The notes beneath the pieces are model-generated. The model did not search any database. It was not told where the DNA came from and saw only the letters and a list, made by a program, of their open reading frames with translations. From NCBI GenBank assembly GCA_965218435.1, contig CBDCKW010000009.1:2528001-2592000 (forward strand): 64,000 nucleotides of DNA, in the 5' to 3' direction. This document shows, piece by piece, positions 8,191 through 17,398 of the stretch (position 1 is the stretch's first letter; every line of letters starts with the position of its first letter). The position numbers and the translations under genes were made by a program. Source of the DNA: Truepera sp. (GTDB lineage: Bacteria > Deinococcota > Deinococci > Deinococcales > Trueperaceae).

Positions 8191-9444
8191 ATGCGTTCAC
8201 AAAAAGTTGACCAGGGTGCGGCCAGAGCGATGAACCGGCGGCTTATCTTAGACGAACTTCGCCGCAGCGGACCACTTAGCCGTACCCGTATCGCAGCCCA
8301 GACCGGGCTCAGTCCCGCCTCGATCACCATCGTGACGAGTGCGCTGCTCGCTGAAGGGCTCCTAGTCGAACATCCTGAACTCGCCTCACAGCTCCCGCGT
8401 AATCCGGTGCCGCTGGGTATCAACTACGCGGGCCACCAAGCCATCGGGATGAAGCTGCTCGACGATGAGCTTCAGGCCGTGCTGACCGACCTGGCGCTTA
8501 ATATCGTCTCACGGACCACGGTTAAGCTCGAGTCGAGCCAACCTAAAGCTGTTGTTAAGGCCGCTGAGCAGGCAAAAGAAAAGCTTTTAGCCCTCCCTGG
8601 CCCCAACCGACTTATCGGCGTCGGCTTGGGACTTTCCGGCCTGATCGATACGGAGCACGGCGTTTGCGTCGAATCACACCGCACCGAGTGGCGTAACGTC
8701 CCGCTCGGCGCACTGTTATACACACGCCTCGGCGTGCCGGTCTGGATTGACAACGACGTCAACGCCTTTGCCACCGCCGAACGCCTGGTCGGGCAAGCGC
8801 GGCAAACGAGCACCTTTATCGTCGTAACCCTGGGACGCGGCATCGGCGCGGCGCTGGTGCTCGACGGGCGGCTCTTTCGCGGCGCACGGGGCGGCGCGGG
8901 CGAACTCGGCCATACGCTCTCGCAGCGGAATGGCCGTTTGTGCGAGTGCGGGATGAGAGGCTGCCTAGAAGCGTACGTCTCGAGCCCCAACCTCGTCGCA
9001 CAATTTAACGAACGTACCGACGAACACACTGATGAACACGCAGGTAAACACACAAGTGAAGCCGACGCTTACGGCCCCATTACCCACGCCGAAGCACTCG
9101 CTGAACTTGCGGCCCACGGCGACGCGCACGCCGAGGCCCTCCTCCAAGACGCCGGCGAAAGGCTTGGCGAAGGCGTCGCCGACCTTGCCAACTTGTTCGA
9201 CCCGGATTTGATTATCCTCGGCGGGGAGGGTGTCGCGCTCGGTCAGACGCTGCTCAGCGCGGTGCGGCTGGCGTTTGAGCGCCGCAGACTCCTCAAAACA
9301 GTACCCGTAAAGTTTTTGGTAGACAACTGGGGTGACGATACCTGGGCGCGTGGCGCGGCGGGGCTGGTAGTCGAACAGTTTTTTGAGGGCTCGGCAACCC
9401 TAACCGAAGAAGCCAGCGGGTCGGGCTTTGACGTAAGCCGCTGA
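8191..9444 (+). CDS. ROK family transcriptional repressor
   Basis: N-terminal HTH (LSRTRIAAQTGLSPASIT); IDNDVNA; GAGELGH; Zn motif CECGMRGCLE; divergent from the glucanase operon. Confidence 0.93.
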   Translation: MRSQKVDQGAARAMNRRLILDELRRSGPLSRTRIAAQTGLSPASITIVTSALLAEGLLVEHPELASQLPRNPVPLGINYAGHQAIGMKLLDDELQAVLTDLALNIVSRTTVKLESSQPKAVVKAAEQAKEKLLALPGPNRLIGVGLGLSGLIDTEHGVCVESHRTEWRNVPLGALLYTRLGVPVWIDNDVNAFATAERLVGQARQTSTFIVVTLGRGIGAALVLDGRLFRGARGGAGELGHTLSQRNGRLCECGMRGCLEAYVSSPNLVAQFNERTDEHTDEHAGKHTSEADAYGPITHAEALAELAAHGDAHAEALLQDAGERLGEGVADLANLFDPDLIILGGEGVALGQTLLSAVRLAFERRRLLKTVPVKFLVDNWGDDTWARGAAGLVVEQFFEGSATLTEEASGSGFDVSR

Positions 9445-9654
9445 TTGACGATCAGGGCTCCACGCCAGACGAAGTTGACCTTTTTGTTTGTAAGCTACTG
9501 ACTTCTTTTTAGTTTGTCTAACTCGAGGTCAAAATAGCATTTCCAAACGAGGCCAGTATAAGTCCCATCTCTTAGAGGTGCGTGCCGGTCAATGAGGGCC
9601 ATCTTGAGAGCGTCCCTTCCCAGCTGATAGTTACGCAGTCGCCCGGTCGCCACC

Positions 9655-9684
9655 TCACCCTACAAGTGTTCACCTTACAAGTGT
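9655..9684. repeat. 15-bp tandem duplication
   Basis: TCACCCTACAAGTGT TCACCTTACAAGTGT. Confidence 0.75.
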
Positions 9685-9883
9685 GTTCTAAGACTCTCTA
9701 GCAAACCTGCCCGCTCGCCTAAACTCGAGCCCGAATAAGGGCCGGGGCACACCGTCTCTAGCTAAGCTGACAAGTAGGCGCTCCGGTGACCTTACGTTCA
9801 TAGCGACGTGTTGGGAGCGACGTCTAGCCCAGCTAAGCCGTTGCCGGAACAAAGTCAACGAAGCCAACCGCGAGGGAGCAAGT

Positions 9884-10264
9884 ATGCCACGTGAGCGCGC
9901 AACCCAAACCCACTTAGCGGCCGTACCGGGGGCGCTCAGGCGCAGCGGCGTAACAGGTCCCTGCCGCAGCTACACTGCGCTGGTCGTCGCTGCCCCTACC
10001 TCGAGGCTGGAAAAAACTGCCTACGACTACGTTTTACGAATTCCGCTACCCGGCGTGTTACGTCACACCCTGAGGTGGCATCTCAAAGATGACACGCTGA
10101 GCGTCAGTGGCGACTGGGAGGGCGAGAGCGTAAGCGGCGCAGTATTCGGCTCAGTTTACCGGAGTGTGGCGCTGCCCCCTGACGCCATCCCCGCCGGGTT
10201 TGAAACGGGCCTCGAGGCGGGCAACTTCGTGCTCCGCATTCCTCGGCGCAGCCAGCAGAGTTAG
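9884..10264 (+). CDS. Divergent Hsp20/alpha-crystallin-like protein
   Basis: GAGGGAG SD; LPGV..DDTLSVSG..FGSVYRSVALP..LEAGNFVLRIPR resembles the alpha-crystallin core. Confidence 0.6.
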   Translation: MPRERATQTHLAAVPGALRRSGVTGPCRSYTALVVAAPTSRLEKTAYDYVLRIPLPGVLRHTLRWHLKDDTLSVSGDWEGESVSGAVFGSVYRSVALPPDAIPAGFETGLEAGNFVLRIPRRSQQS

Positions 10265-10406
10265 CTCAGCAGTTCCGCCCGGAGCGACTTTACAAGCTGA
10301 TTTTTTAGAGGTGACCATGCTTTCCAAAGCTTTAGGCAAAACCGGTAGTTATGACCGATAGGCGTAAAAAGAAGGCCGTTTCGTTGCTCCAGAAAGCGAT
10401 CTATAG

Positions 10407-11672
10407 ATGAATATCTTTAGCGGCGTCGCCGTCTTGATCACCATTGTTGCACTTTTTAGCTACCTCAATCAGCGTTGGCTCAAATTGCCGACCCCTATCG
10501 GTGTGATGATCCTGGCCCTGGGACTTTCTTTAGTCCTAATCGCGGTAGGGCCACAGCTGACCGGCGGCTGGGTTCGCCGTTTTGCGCTTGGTCTCAACTT
10601 CAGCAGCCTGGTACTCAACGGGATGCTGGGCTTTTTACTGTTCGCCAGCGCCTTACAGCTTGACGCCCGCGCGTTGGCCAAACGGAGGTGGGGCATCTTT
10701 CTGTTGGCGTTTCTAAGTACCGCACTCTCCACACTTTTTGTAGGGGGACTGATCTACGGCGCGTTTCAGCTGCTGGGGCTCACGTTGCCCCTGTTCTACG
10801 CCTTTGTCTTTGGGGCGCTGATCTCACCGACCGATCCGGTCGCGGTCGAGGGGCTGTTGGGCGAAGCTAAACTACCCGAAGCTTTACAAACCGTCATCAG
10901 CGGCGAGTCCCTGTTTAACGACGGGGTAGGCGTCGTATTTTTTACCGCGATCTTAAGTCTGGCAGGGTCTCAAACTGAGATTACCGCCGGCACGGTCTTG
11001 CTCGATTTGCTCCGCGAAGCAGGCGGCGGCGTCTTGTTAGGGCTGGTTTTAGGCTTTGTTACGACTAGGCTGACCAAACAGGCCAACGACTACACCGTTA
11101 TGGTCATGCTCACGCTCGCCGTAGCGACCGGCGGATATACCCTCGCTTTGGCGCTCGGGGTTTCCGGCCCGATTACGATGGTGACGGCGGGGCTGGTAAT
11201 CGGCAACAGCCTGCACCGTCAACCCGACCGCAAGTATCTAGGCGCTTATTGGAACGTAACTAACGATCTCTTAAATGCAGCCCTATTTGTCCTAATCGGG
11301 CTCGAGGTGCTCATCGTTCCCTTCGGTGGGAACGCGCTGCTAGCGGCACTTATCGCTATCCCCTCCGTTTTGCTGTCACGGTATGTCAGCGTCTGGTTGG
11401 CGCTGATTCCGGTACGCATTTTTATTACGATTCCGAGATCGTCTTTAACCTTGTTGACGTGGGCGGCGCTGCGGGGCGGTATCGCCATTGCGCTGGCTCT
11501 CTCTATTCCCGGCGGGCCGGAGCGTGACCTGATTTTAGTGATGACCTACGGCGTCGTGATTTTTTCGGTTTTGGTTCAGGGTCTAAGTATCAAACGCGTT
11601 GCGGCGAGGGTTCTTGGTGACTCCCAGGACAGTAACCCCCAAGACACGCCGCAACACGCCCCAGCCGACTAA
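10407..11672 (+). CDS. Cation:proton antiporter (CPA1/NhaP type)
   Basis: Multi-TM; ISPTDPVAV, GESLFNDG, LRGGIAIALAL motifs. Confidence 0.93.
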   Translation: MNIFSGVAVLITIVALFSYLNQRWLKLPTPIGVMILALGLSLVLIAVGPQLTGGWVRRFALGLNFSSLVLNGMLGFLLFASALQLDARALAKRRWGIFLLAFLSTALSTLFVGGLIYGAFQLLGLTLPLFYAFVFGALISPTDPVAVEGLLGEAKLPEALQTVISGESLFNDGVGVVFFTAILSLAGSQTEITAGTVLLDLLREAGGGVLLGLVLGFVTTRLTKQANDYTVMVMLTLAVATGGYTLALALGVSGPITMVTAGLVIGNSLHRQPDRKYLGAYWNVTNDLLNAALFVLIGLEVLIVPFGGNALLAALIAIPSVLLSRYVSVWLALIPVRIFITIPRSSLTLLTWAALRGGIAIALALSIPGGPERDLILVMTYGVVIFSVLVQGLSIKRVAARVLGDSQDSNPQDTPQHAPAD

Positions 11673-11701
11673 GCCGAGGTTACGGCTCGAGCCTGGCAGC
11701 T

Positions 11702-12697
11702 CTAGTGGGATTGGGGCAACGCCGACCTTTGCGCCGCGATGATAGTGTCCATCAGCCGGTCGAGCTCTTGGTCAACGGTCTGCCGAGCCGGGTCAGCGTC
11801 AAACCAGGCCAGCACCTCTTCAGCGCCGCGGGCAAAGGGAATGGTTGCCACGTAGTCCGGCACAGCCCGCTTAATCTTACTGTTGTCAAAGGTCATGCTG
11901 TTCGCTTTGTCACCCAAAAGCCCCGCGCCCCAGCCCTCGTCGTAAGCCGCGACGACCTCTGACGGCACATGAACGAGCTCCGCCGTCGTCCCGGCAGCTC
12001 GAGCGACCGTTGCAAAAATCTGGTTCCAGGTGAGAGCTTCATCTGAAGTGATGTGAAAAGCCTCGCCAATCGTCTGCGGCTGACCCAAAAGGCCGATAAA
12101 CCCTTCTGCAAAGTCGCGGTGATGCGTCAACACCCAGAGCGACGTGCCGTCACCGTGAACGATAACCGGTTTGCCCTGCCGCATCCGGTTGACCACCGTA
12201 TAGCCGCCGTCCATCGGCAACAGTGTCCGGTCATAGGTGTGTGAGGGCCGAACAATCGTCATGGGAAACCCCTCGTCACGGTAGGCCCGAAGCAGCCGCT
12301 CTTCACAGGCGATCTTATCGCGCGAATACTGCCAGTAAGGGTTTTTTAGCGGGGTAGACTCGAGCACCGGCAAACTCAGCGGCGGCGTCTGATACGCCGA
12401 GGCCGAGCTGATAAACATGTACTGCTGCGTTCGGTCCCGGAAGAGCTTTAGGTCAGTTTCGATGTGTTCAGGCGTAAACGCTACCCAGTTGACCACAACG
12501 TCAAAAGTCAGGTTTGAGAGCGCCGCAGCTGCCGACGCCGGGTCGCGGATGTCACCTTGAAGGACGTGCGCCCCCTCGGGAATGGGCCTCGCGCTTTGGC
12601 CGCGGCTCAGCAAGTAGAGTTCCAGGCCCCGCTCTAACGCCAGCTGCGAACAAGCCGAGCTGATAATGCCGGTACCGCCGACGAATAAAACTTTCAT
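11702..12697 (-). CDS. NAD-dependent epimerase/dehydratase (extended SDR)
   Basis: GGTGIIS Rossmann motif; YSRDK catalytic motif. Confidence 0.9.
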   Translation of the reverse strand: MKVLFVGGTGIISSACSQLALERGLELYLLSRGQSARPIPEGAHVLQGDIRDPASAAAALSNLTFDVVVNWVAFTPEHIETDLKLFRDRTQQYMFISSASAYQTPPLSLPVLESTPLKNPYWQYSRDKIACEERLLRAYRDEGFPMTIVRPSHTYDRTLLPMDGGYTVVNRMRQGKPVIVHGDGTSLWVLTHHRDFAEGFIGLLGQPQTIGEAFHITSDEALTWNQIFATVARAAGTTAELVHVPSEVVAAYDEGWGAGLLGDKANSMTFDNSKIKRAVPDYVATIPFARGAEEVLAWFDADPARQTVDQELDRLMDTIIAAQRSALPQSH

Positions 12698-12828
12698 AAC
12701 TGCTCAGCTTTCAAATCAGACATATGACGCAACCTCAGGATCTCCGTAGTTTGAACTTAGGTCACGTTACCACCTAGATGCTGGGGCGGGTTATAAAACG
12801 CAGGGCAAATCGGCCGCCAAGCATAAAA

Positions 12829-12861
12829 CTTAAGGTTTGCTTAAGCCTTACCTTTTAGGCT
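12829..12861 (+). promoter_or_regulatory. OmpR/PhoB-family-type direct repeat plus -10 box
   Basis: CTTAAG-N5-CTTAAG (12829-12845), 10 bp upstream of TAGGCT (12856-12861). Confidence 0.5.
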
Positions 12862-12906
12862 AATGAAGCTAGACGCGTGCAAGGCGCGTTTTTGAAGGAG
12901 GCAACT

Positions 12907-12945
12907 ATGAACTATCGACTTCTCCCCGCCTCGAGCACCCTATGA
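12907..12945 (+). CDS. 12-aa upstream ORF (MNYRLLPASSTL) coupled to the next ORF
   Basis: Strong SD GAAGGAGG precedes ATG 12907; its TGA overlaps the next ATG (ATGA). Confidence 0.45.
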   Translation: MNYRLLPASSTL

Positions 12946-13127
12946 ACGTCTTACCCGATGCTCCGGTGCTGATTGTCGTGCTGCACCTCGCCGCGTTAGC
13001 GGCGCTACTTAGCTACGGCGTAGTCACGCAAGTTCGGCGCTTACTGATCCTTCGCGCGACCAGACCTAAAGAGCCCCCCAAAAAGACGTTTTCAAGGCCC
13101 GTACAGCTCTCAAAGTTACGCCATTAA
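12942..13127 (+). CDS. Small single-pass membrane protein (61 aa)
   Basis: Hydrophobic stretch VLIVVLHLAALAALLSYGVV followed by a basic tail. Confidence 0.6.
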   Translation: MNVLPDAPVLIVVLHLAALAALLSYGVVTQVRRLLILRATRPKEPPKKTFSRPVQLSKLRH

Positions 13128-13152
13128 CACCCAAACAGTACCGTAAAAAAGC

Positions 13153-13336
13153 AGCGCCGTAAAAACTGCTGAAAAGCCGAATCACCTCGGCACCGTCAGC
13201 TGTACCGTTACACCGCGGCCAAAGATGTCCGGTGCAAGCTCTTGAGCGGTGCCGGCAGAGCCTATCCCCAAATATGGCTTTTTAAGCTTATCTACTTCGC
13301 CCGGCCCGGTTAGACCCTTAAGATTTTTACGGCGCT
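13153..13336 (+). ncRNA. Candidate 184-nt structured RNA or MITE-like element
   Basis: 13-bp terminal inverted repeat AGCGCCGTAAAAA/TTTTTACGGCGCT enclosing nested stems AAAAGCC/GGCTTTT, CGGCACCG/CGGTGCCG and TGTACCG/CGGTGCA. Confidence 0.4.
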
Positions 13337-13466
13337 ACAGCGCCACCTCATGCGGCACCGTTTCGCCGCCGTCATTCCAGAACGTACATGCTAGGCTATG
13401 TCCGAATTAGCGCGTCTCTCCGCAGAACTTCGTACACTCAAACCGGGTGCTACCTGCCAGACAAGC

Positions 13467-14780
13467 TTAAACCAGCGTTTCTTCGGTTGGTAGGGGCGTC
13501 GCGTCAGCTGCAGCACCGTCTGATGCCGCTTCGATACGGCCGAGCTGCCTAAGTTCCGGCCACACCCACGCGATCAGCGGCACCACCACGAGCACCCCGA
13601 CGCCGCCGATGACGACCGCCGCGGTTGCGCCGACCAGCGCGGCTAAAAGCCCCGACTCAAACTCGCCGAACTCGTTTGACATCCCGATAAAGATGTGGTG
13701 GACAGCTCCTACCCGGCCCCGCATGGCGTCAGGGGTAAACACGAGCTCGAGGGTATTACGGATCACCACGCTGACCGCGTCAAAGGCCCCTAACAGGGCC
13801 AGCGCAAGGAGCGAAAGTCCAAACGACCGGGACAACCCCAGCAAAATAGTCGCGACGCCAAAGGCGGCTACCGTCATGAGCAGCGTCCTACCTGCTTTTT
13901 GAAAGGGACCGCGGTGGGCTACCGCCAGCGCCATCAGCGCCGCGCCCACAGCGGGCGCGGCGCGGAGCAGTCCCAAACCGGTGGCACCAACGTGGAGCAC
14001 CGCGAGCGCAAAAATCGGTAAGAGGGCGGTTGCACCGCCGAGCAAAACCGACACCATATCGAGCAAGACAGCTGAGAAGAGCACCTTCGTTTGCCAGATA
14101 AAGTAAACCCCGGCTAACAGTGACGCCCGGGTTAGTTTCTCTTTGGGGCGAGCAACGTAGTCCGTCCGCATCGACCCGAGCGCAAAGGCTCCTAAAGCGA
14201 GCATAAGCGCGGTCAGCAAAAAAACCGGCGCGGAACCGCGAATAAGCGCGACGCTGACCCCACCGACCGCTGGACCCAACACCGACGCGAGTTGCCCCAG
14301 ACTGCTGCTCCAGGCCGACGCGTTGCCAAACGCTTCTGACGGCACACTCGAGGCGACCAGCGGAGCCTGCACGGCGTTTCTAAACGCCCTCGCAATTCCC
14401 ATGACGAACAGGCCCAGATAGAGCAGCCAAAGCGGTGCGCCGGTTGCCGCGACGAAAGCTAGTAGCAGCGTCGCCAGGGCACTAAAGAGCGCCGCCGCAA
14501 CGCCGATGCGTTTGGGGTTGTGATTATCCACGTATTGTCCGGCGGGCAGCGAGATAAAGATAACCGGAACGATCTGAACCAGCCCCACCACGCCGAGCGC
14601 CAGCGCCGAACGGGTCAGCTCGAAGATATACCAACCGACGACGACGCTTAAGATAGCGCCGGAAAATGAAGCGAGGAAGTTGGCGCTCAGCAGGAGGCGA
14701 AAATCGCGGATACGCAGAGCGAGATACGCGTCATGCGTTTCACTGTCAGGGTTTGCACCATCAGGGTCTAAATTGGGCAC
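13467..14780 (-). CDS. MFS transporter (MFS_3/EntS-like)
   Basis: About 12 TM; ALRIRDFR N-terminus; TPDAMRGRV; SNEFGEFESG. Confidence 0.9.
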   Translation of the reverse strand: MPNLDPDGANPDSETHDAYLALRIRDFRLLLSANFLASFSGAILSVVVGWYIFELTRSALALGVVGLVQIVPVIFISLPAGQYVDNHNPKRIGVAAALFSALATLLLAFVAATGAPLWLLYLGLFVMGIARAFRNAVQAPLVASSVPSEAFGNASAWSSSLGQLASVLGPAVGGVSVALIRGSAPVFLLTALMLALGAFALGSMRTDYVARPKEKLTRASLLAGVYFIWQTKVLFSAVLLDMVSVLLGGATALLPIFALAVLHVGATGLGLLRAAPAVGAALMALAVAHRGPFQKAGRTLLMTVAAFGVATILLGLSRSFGLSLLALALLGAFDAVSVVIRNTLELVFTPDAMRGRVGAVHHIFIGMSNEFGEFESGLLAALVGATAAVVIGGVGVLVVVPLIAWVWPELRQLGRIEAASDGAAADATPLPTEETLV

Positions 14781-14990
14781 AGGCTGCTGGCTCCTCGTCG
14801 GCTTGCAGGTAGGTATCGGAGTAACGCATAGCGGCCCAGCGCACTGAAAGGCCGCATCTTGATACTATGACAGCGAGGCTTACCGGGCGTGGTAGCCTCT
14901 GGTCTTAATCACACCATACGCTCACGACGCCCCTGGACAAACCGCGTAGCTGCCTAGCTGAATGGGGCAGGCGAAGATGTTAGGTGGACC

Positions 14991-15470
14991 TTGATGAAAG
15001 TTAGAACAGTTGTCCCTACAGTTGTGTTAGCCGTACTTGCAGCGGTCGTCGTCGCAGGCGTTTGGGGCTCGCGCCGTCAGCCTTTAGGGGTCAGGGAGGG
15101 GCGTCTACTGCCCTGTCCAGATTCACCCAACTGCGTCTCGAGCTTTGCACAAAGCGATCAATCCGGCGAACACGGGATGAAACCGGTTCCTTACACCGGC
15201 ACGCCGCAAAAGGCGCTGGCCGCCGTGATGCAGGTGATGGCCGGACTGCCGCGCACGACCTTGTTAGAGAAGAAGGGCAACTACGCACGTTTTGCGGTGC
15301 GCTCGGCTCGAGTCGGTTTCATAGATGACGTGGAGTTTTTGGTCACTGACGGCCAAATTCAGTTTCGCAGCGCGTCGCGGTTGGGGCGCTCTGACCTCGG
15401 CGTCAACCGGGAGCGGATGACTCTGGTTAGTCAGAGGTTACGTCAGCGTTTGGATGAGGCCAGGGTTTAA
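14991..15470 (+). CDS. DUF1499 family protein
   Basis: LLPCPDSPNCVSS, FIDDVEF, RSASRLGRSDLGVNRER motifs; start may be ATG 14994. Confidence 0.88.
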   Translation: MMKVRTVVPTVVLAVLAAVVVAGVWGSRRQPLGVREGRLLPCPDSPNCVSSFAQSDQSGEHGMKPVPYTGTPQKALAAVMQVMAGLPRTTLLEKKGNYARFAVRSARVGFIDDVEFLVTDGQIQFRSASRLGRSDLGVNRERMTLVSQRLRQRLDEARV

Positions 15471-15604
15471 CTTAGCAGCCCGAACAACCCTCTAGAGGCC
15501 AAGGGTTCGTAGGGAATTAGACAGGCCGTTTTTGCCTCTCGTGGTACATTTTGGGTAGTAAAGCGGCTGGTATTCCAGTACCCCTAGCCGCTCTGGAGGA
15601 CCCA

Positions 15605-16597
15605 ATGTCAACTAGTAACACAACTCAAGCCGACGTGATCGTCATCGGGGGTGGCCCCGCCGGTCTTACGGCCGGTATCTACACCGGACGCGCTCAGCTC
15701 AAAACGCTTATCTTAGAAAAAGGACTCCCCGGCGGCCAGATTGCTCAGACTCAAGAGGTTGAAAACTATCCCGGGTTTGACGAGACCGTGAGCGGCCCTG
15801 AACTCTCGCAGCGGATGGTGCGGCAAGCCGAAAAGTTCGGCGCTGAAATCCTGATGGAAGAGGTGCAGAGCATCGCGCGTAAAGGTGACGGCTTTGTCGT
15901 TACCGGCTACGACGGCCTCTACGAAGCACCTGCGCTGATCGTCTCGACCGGCGCAACCCCGCGCCGCTTAGGAGTTCCCGGCGAAGACGAGTTTTACGGG
16001 CGCGGCGTCTCGACCTGCGCGACCTGTGACGGCTTTTTTTACCGGGGCAAAAATGTCGTCGTTATCGGTGGCGGTGACGCCGCCGTCGAAGAGGGTTCGT
16101 TTTTAACCAAATTTGCCGAGAGCGTCACTGTGATTCACCGCCGCAGCGAACTGCGCGCCAACAAAGAGGCGCAGCGGCGTGCGTTTGCCAACCCCAAGAT
16201 GAAGTGGGTGTGGAATACCGTCGTTGAAAAGGTCGTCGGTGACGAGCAGGTTACCGGCGTCGCGGTGCGGAACATCGAAACAGGTGAGCAGCGTACGCTC
16301 CCGACTGACGGCGTGTTTATCTATGTCGGACACAACCCTAATACCGACTACTTGGGCGGACTCATTGAGCTGACGCACATGGGGTACGCGAAAGTTCACG
16401 ACGAAATCTATACCAACGTCCCGGGGATTTTTGCTGCAGGTGACGTCGCTGATGAGGTTTATAGGCAGCTGGCGACGAGTGTTGGAGCCGGCACGCGGGC
16501 GGCGATGGCCGCTGAACGCTACCTCGCTGAAAAAGAGGCGCACGTGCATATCTCGAGTTCAGAAGCCGACATTTTAGATGCGGTAGACGCGGTTTAA
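15605..16597 (+). CDS. trxB: Thioredoxin-disulfide reductase
   Basis: GGAGGA SD before ATG 15605; GGGPAG, CATCDG, GGGDAA, FAAGD motifs. Confidence 0.96.
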   Translation: MSTSNTTQADVIVIGGGPAGLTAGIYTGRAQLKTLILEKGLPGGQIAQTQEVENYPGFDETVSGPELSQRMVRQAEKFGAEILMEEVQSIARKGDGFVVTGYDGLYEAPALIVSTGATPRRLGVPGEDEFYGRGVSTCATCDGFFYRGKNVVVIGGGDAAVEEGSFLTKFAESVTVIHRRSELRANKEAQRRAFANPKMKWVWNTVVEKVVGDEQVTGVAVRNIETGEQRTLPTDGVFIYVGHNPNTDYLGGLIELTHMGYAKVHDEIYTNVPGIFAAGDVADEVYRQLATSVGAGTRAAMAAERYLAEKEAHVHISSSEADILDAVDAV

Positions 16598-16626
16598 GGA
16601 TTTCAACGCCTAGCAGAGCTTTAACT

Positions 16627-16661
16627 AAGAGCACCGAATAGCGATTATTCGGTGCTCTTTT
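16627..16661 (+). terminator. Intrinsic terminator of trxB
   Basis: AAGAGCACCGAATA-GCGAT-TATTCGGTGCTCTT then TT. Confidence 0.8.
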
Positions 16662-16734
16662 CGCAGATGCAAGCCAGAAAAGGGGTTGTCACTCGGTTTT
16701 GTTGACCTACCACCTGAGCAGCGTAAATTCGTGA

Positions 16735-16788
16735 GGATAACGCTCCGGTTGCAGCAGACAGCCCGCCGCTGCAACCGGAGCGTTATAC
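16735..16788. mobile_element. attC-like palindrome (degenerate integron cassette recombination site)
   Basis: GGATAAC...GTTATAC ends; 19-bp perfect arms ATAACGCTCCGGTTGCAGC; inner GTTGCAGC-AGAC...GCCGCTGCAAC pattern. Confidence 0.5.
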
Positions 16789-16861
16789 GCCAATAAAAGT
16801 ATCCCAACGGCCCTTTGCCTGCCGCAAGGCGAGTGCGTTCCTGCGCCTATACGGGGACGCT

Positions 16862-17299
16862 TTACCCGAGCTGCTCGGCAAGTCCGATGAGAAGTCCTTC
16901 AGGTCCGCGGAGGTAGCAGAGCCGGTACGCGTTCCTATACTGGACCACTTCGCCGACGAGCTGTGCGCCGCGCTTGCGGAGCCTGACAAGCAACTCGTCA
17001 AGGTCGTCCACGGTGAACATGACGCGGAGGTAGCCGAGAGCGTTCACCGGAGCGGTTCGGTGATCGGCGACTACAGGCGGGGTGAGAAATTGCGAGAGCT
17101 CGAGCCGACTGTAGCCATCGGGAGTGACCATCATAGCGATCTCGACGCGCTGGGAGCCCAGTCCGGTGACGCGCCCGGCCCATGCTCCTTCGACCGTGGC
17201 TCGCCCTTCAAACTTCAGGCCAAGCTCGGCGAAAAAAGAGATGGCAGTATCGAGGGATTCTACGACGATGCCTACGTTGTCCATCCGCTTAAGGGCCAC
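16862..17299 (-). CDS. VOC/glyoxalase family protein
   Basis: RMDNVGIVVESLD...RLELSQF...YRLCYLRGPEG; GGGGAGG SD. Confidence 0.9.
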   Translation of the reverse strand: MALKRMDNVGIVVESLDTAISFFAELGLKFEGRATVEGAWAGRVTGLGSQRVEIAMMVTPDGYSRLELSQFLTPPVVADHRTAPVNALGYLRVMFTVDDLDELLVRLRKRGAQLVGEVVQYRNAYRLCYLRGPEGLLIGLAEQLG

Positions 17300-17398
17300 C
17301 TTGTTTCCTCCCCTTCTTGACCGGAAACGTCCGGCATTTGCTATTCACATGGCGCAGAACTACAGCTTTTCAGACAAACGCCTTGACGACCCGCAAGG

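Noticed and set aside
9770..9883. RNA thermometer upstream of the Hsp20-like gene
   Set aside because: The visible stem does not sequester the SD and no ROSE or fourU motif is evident.
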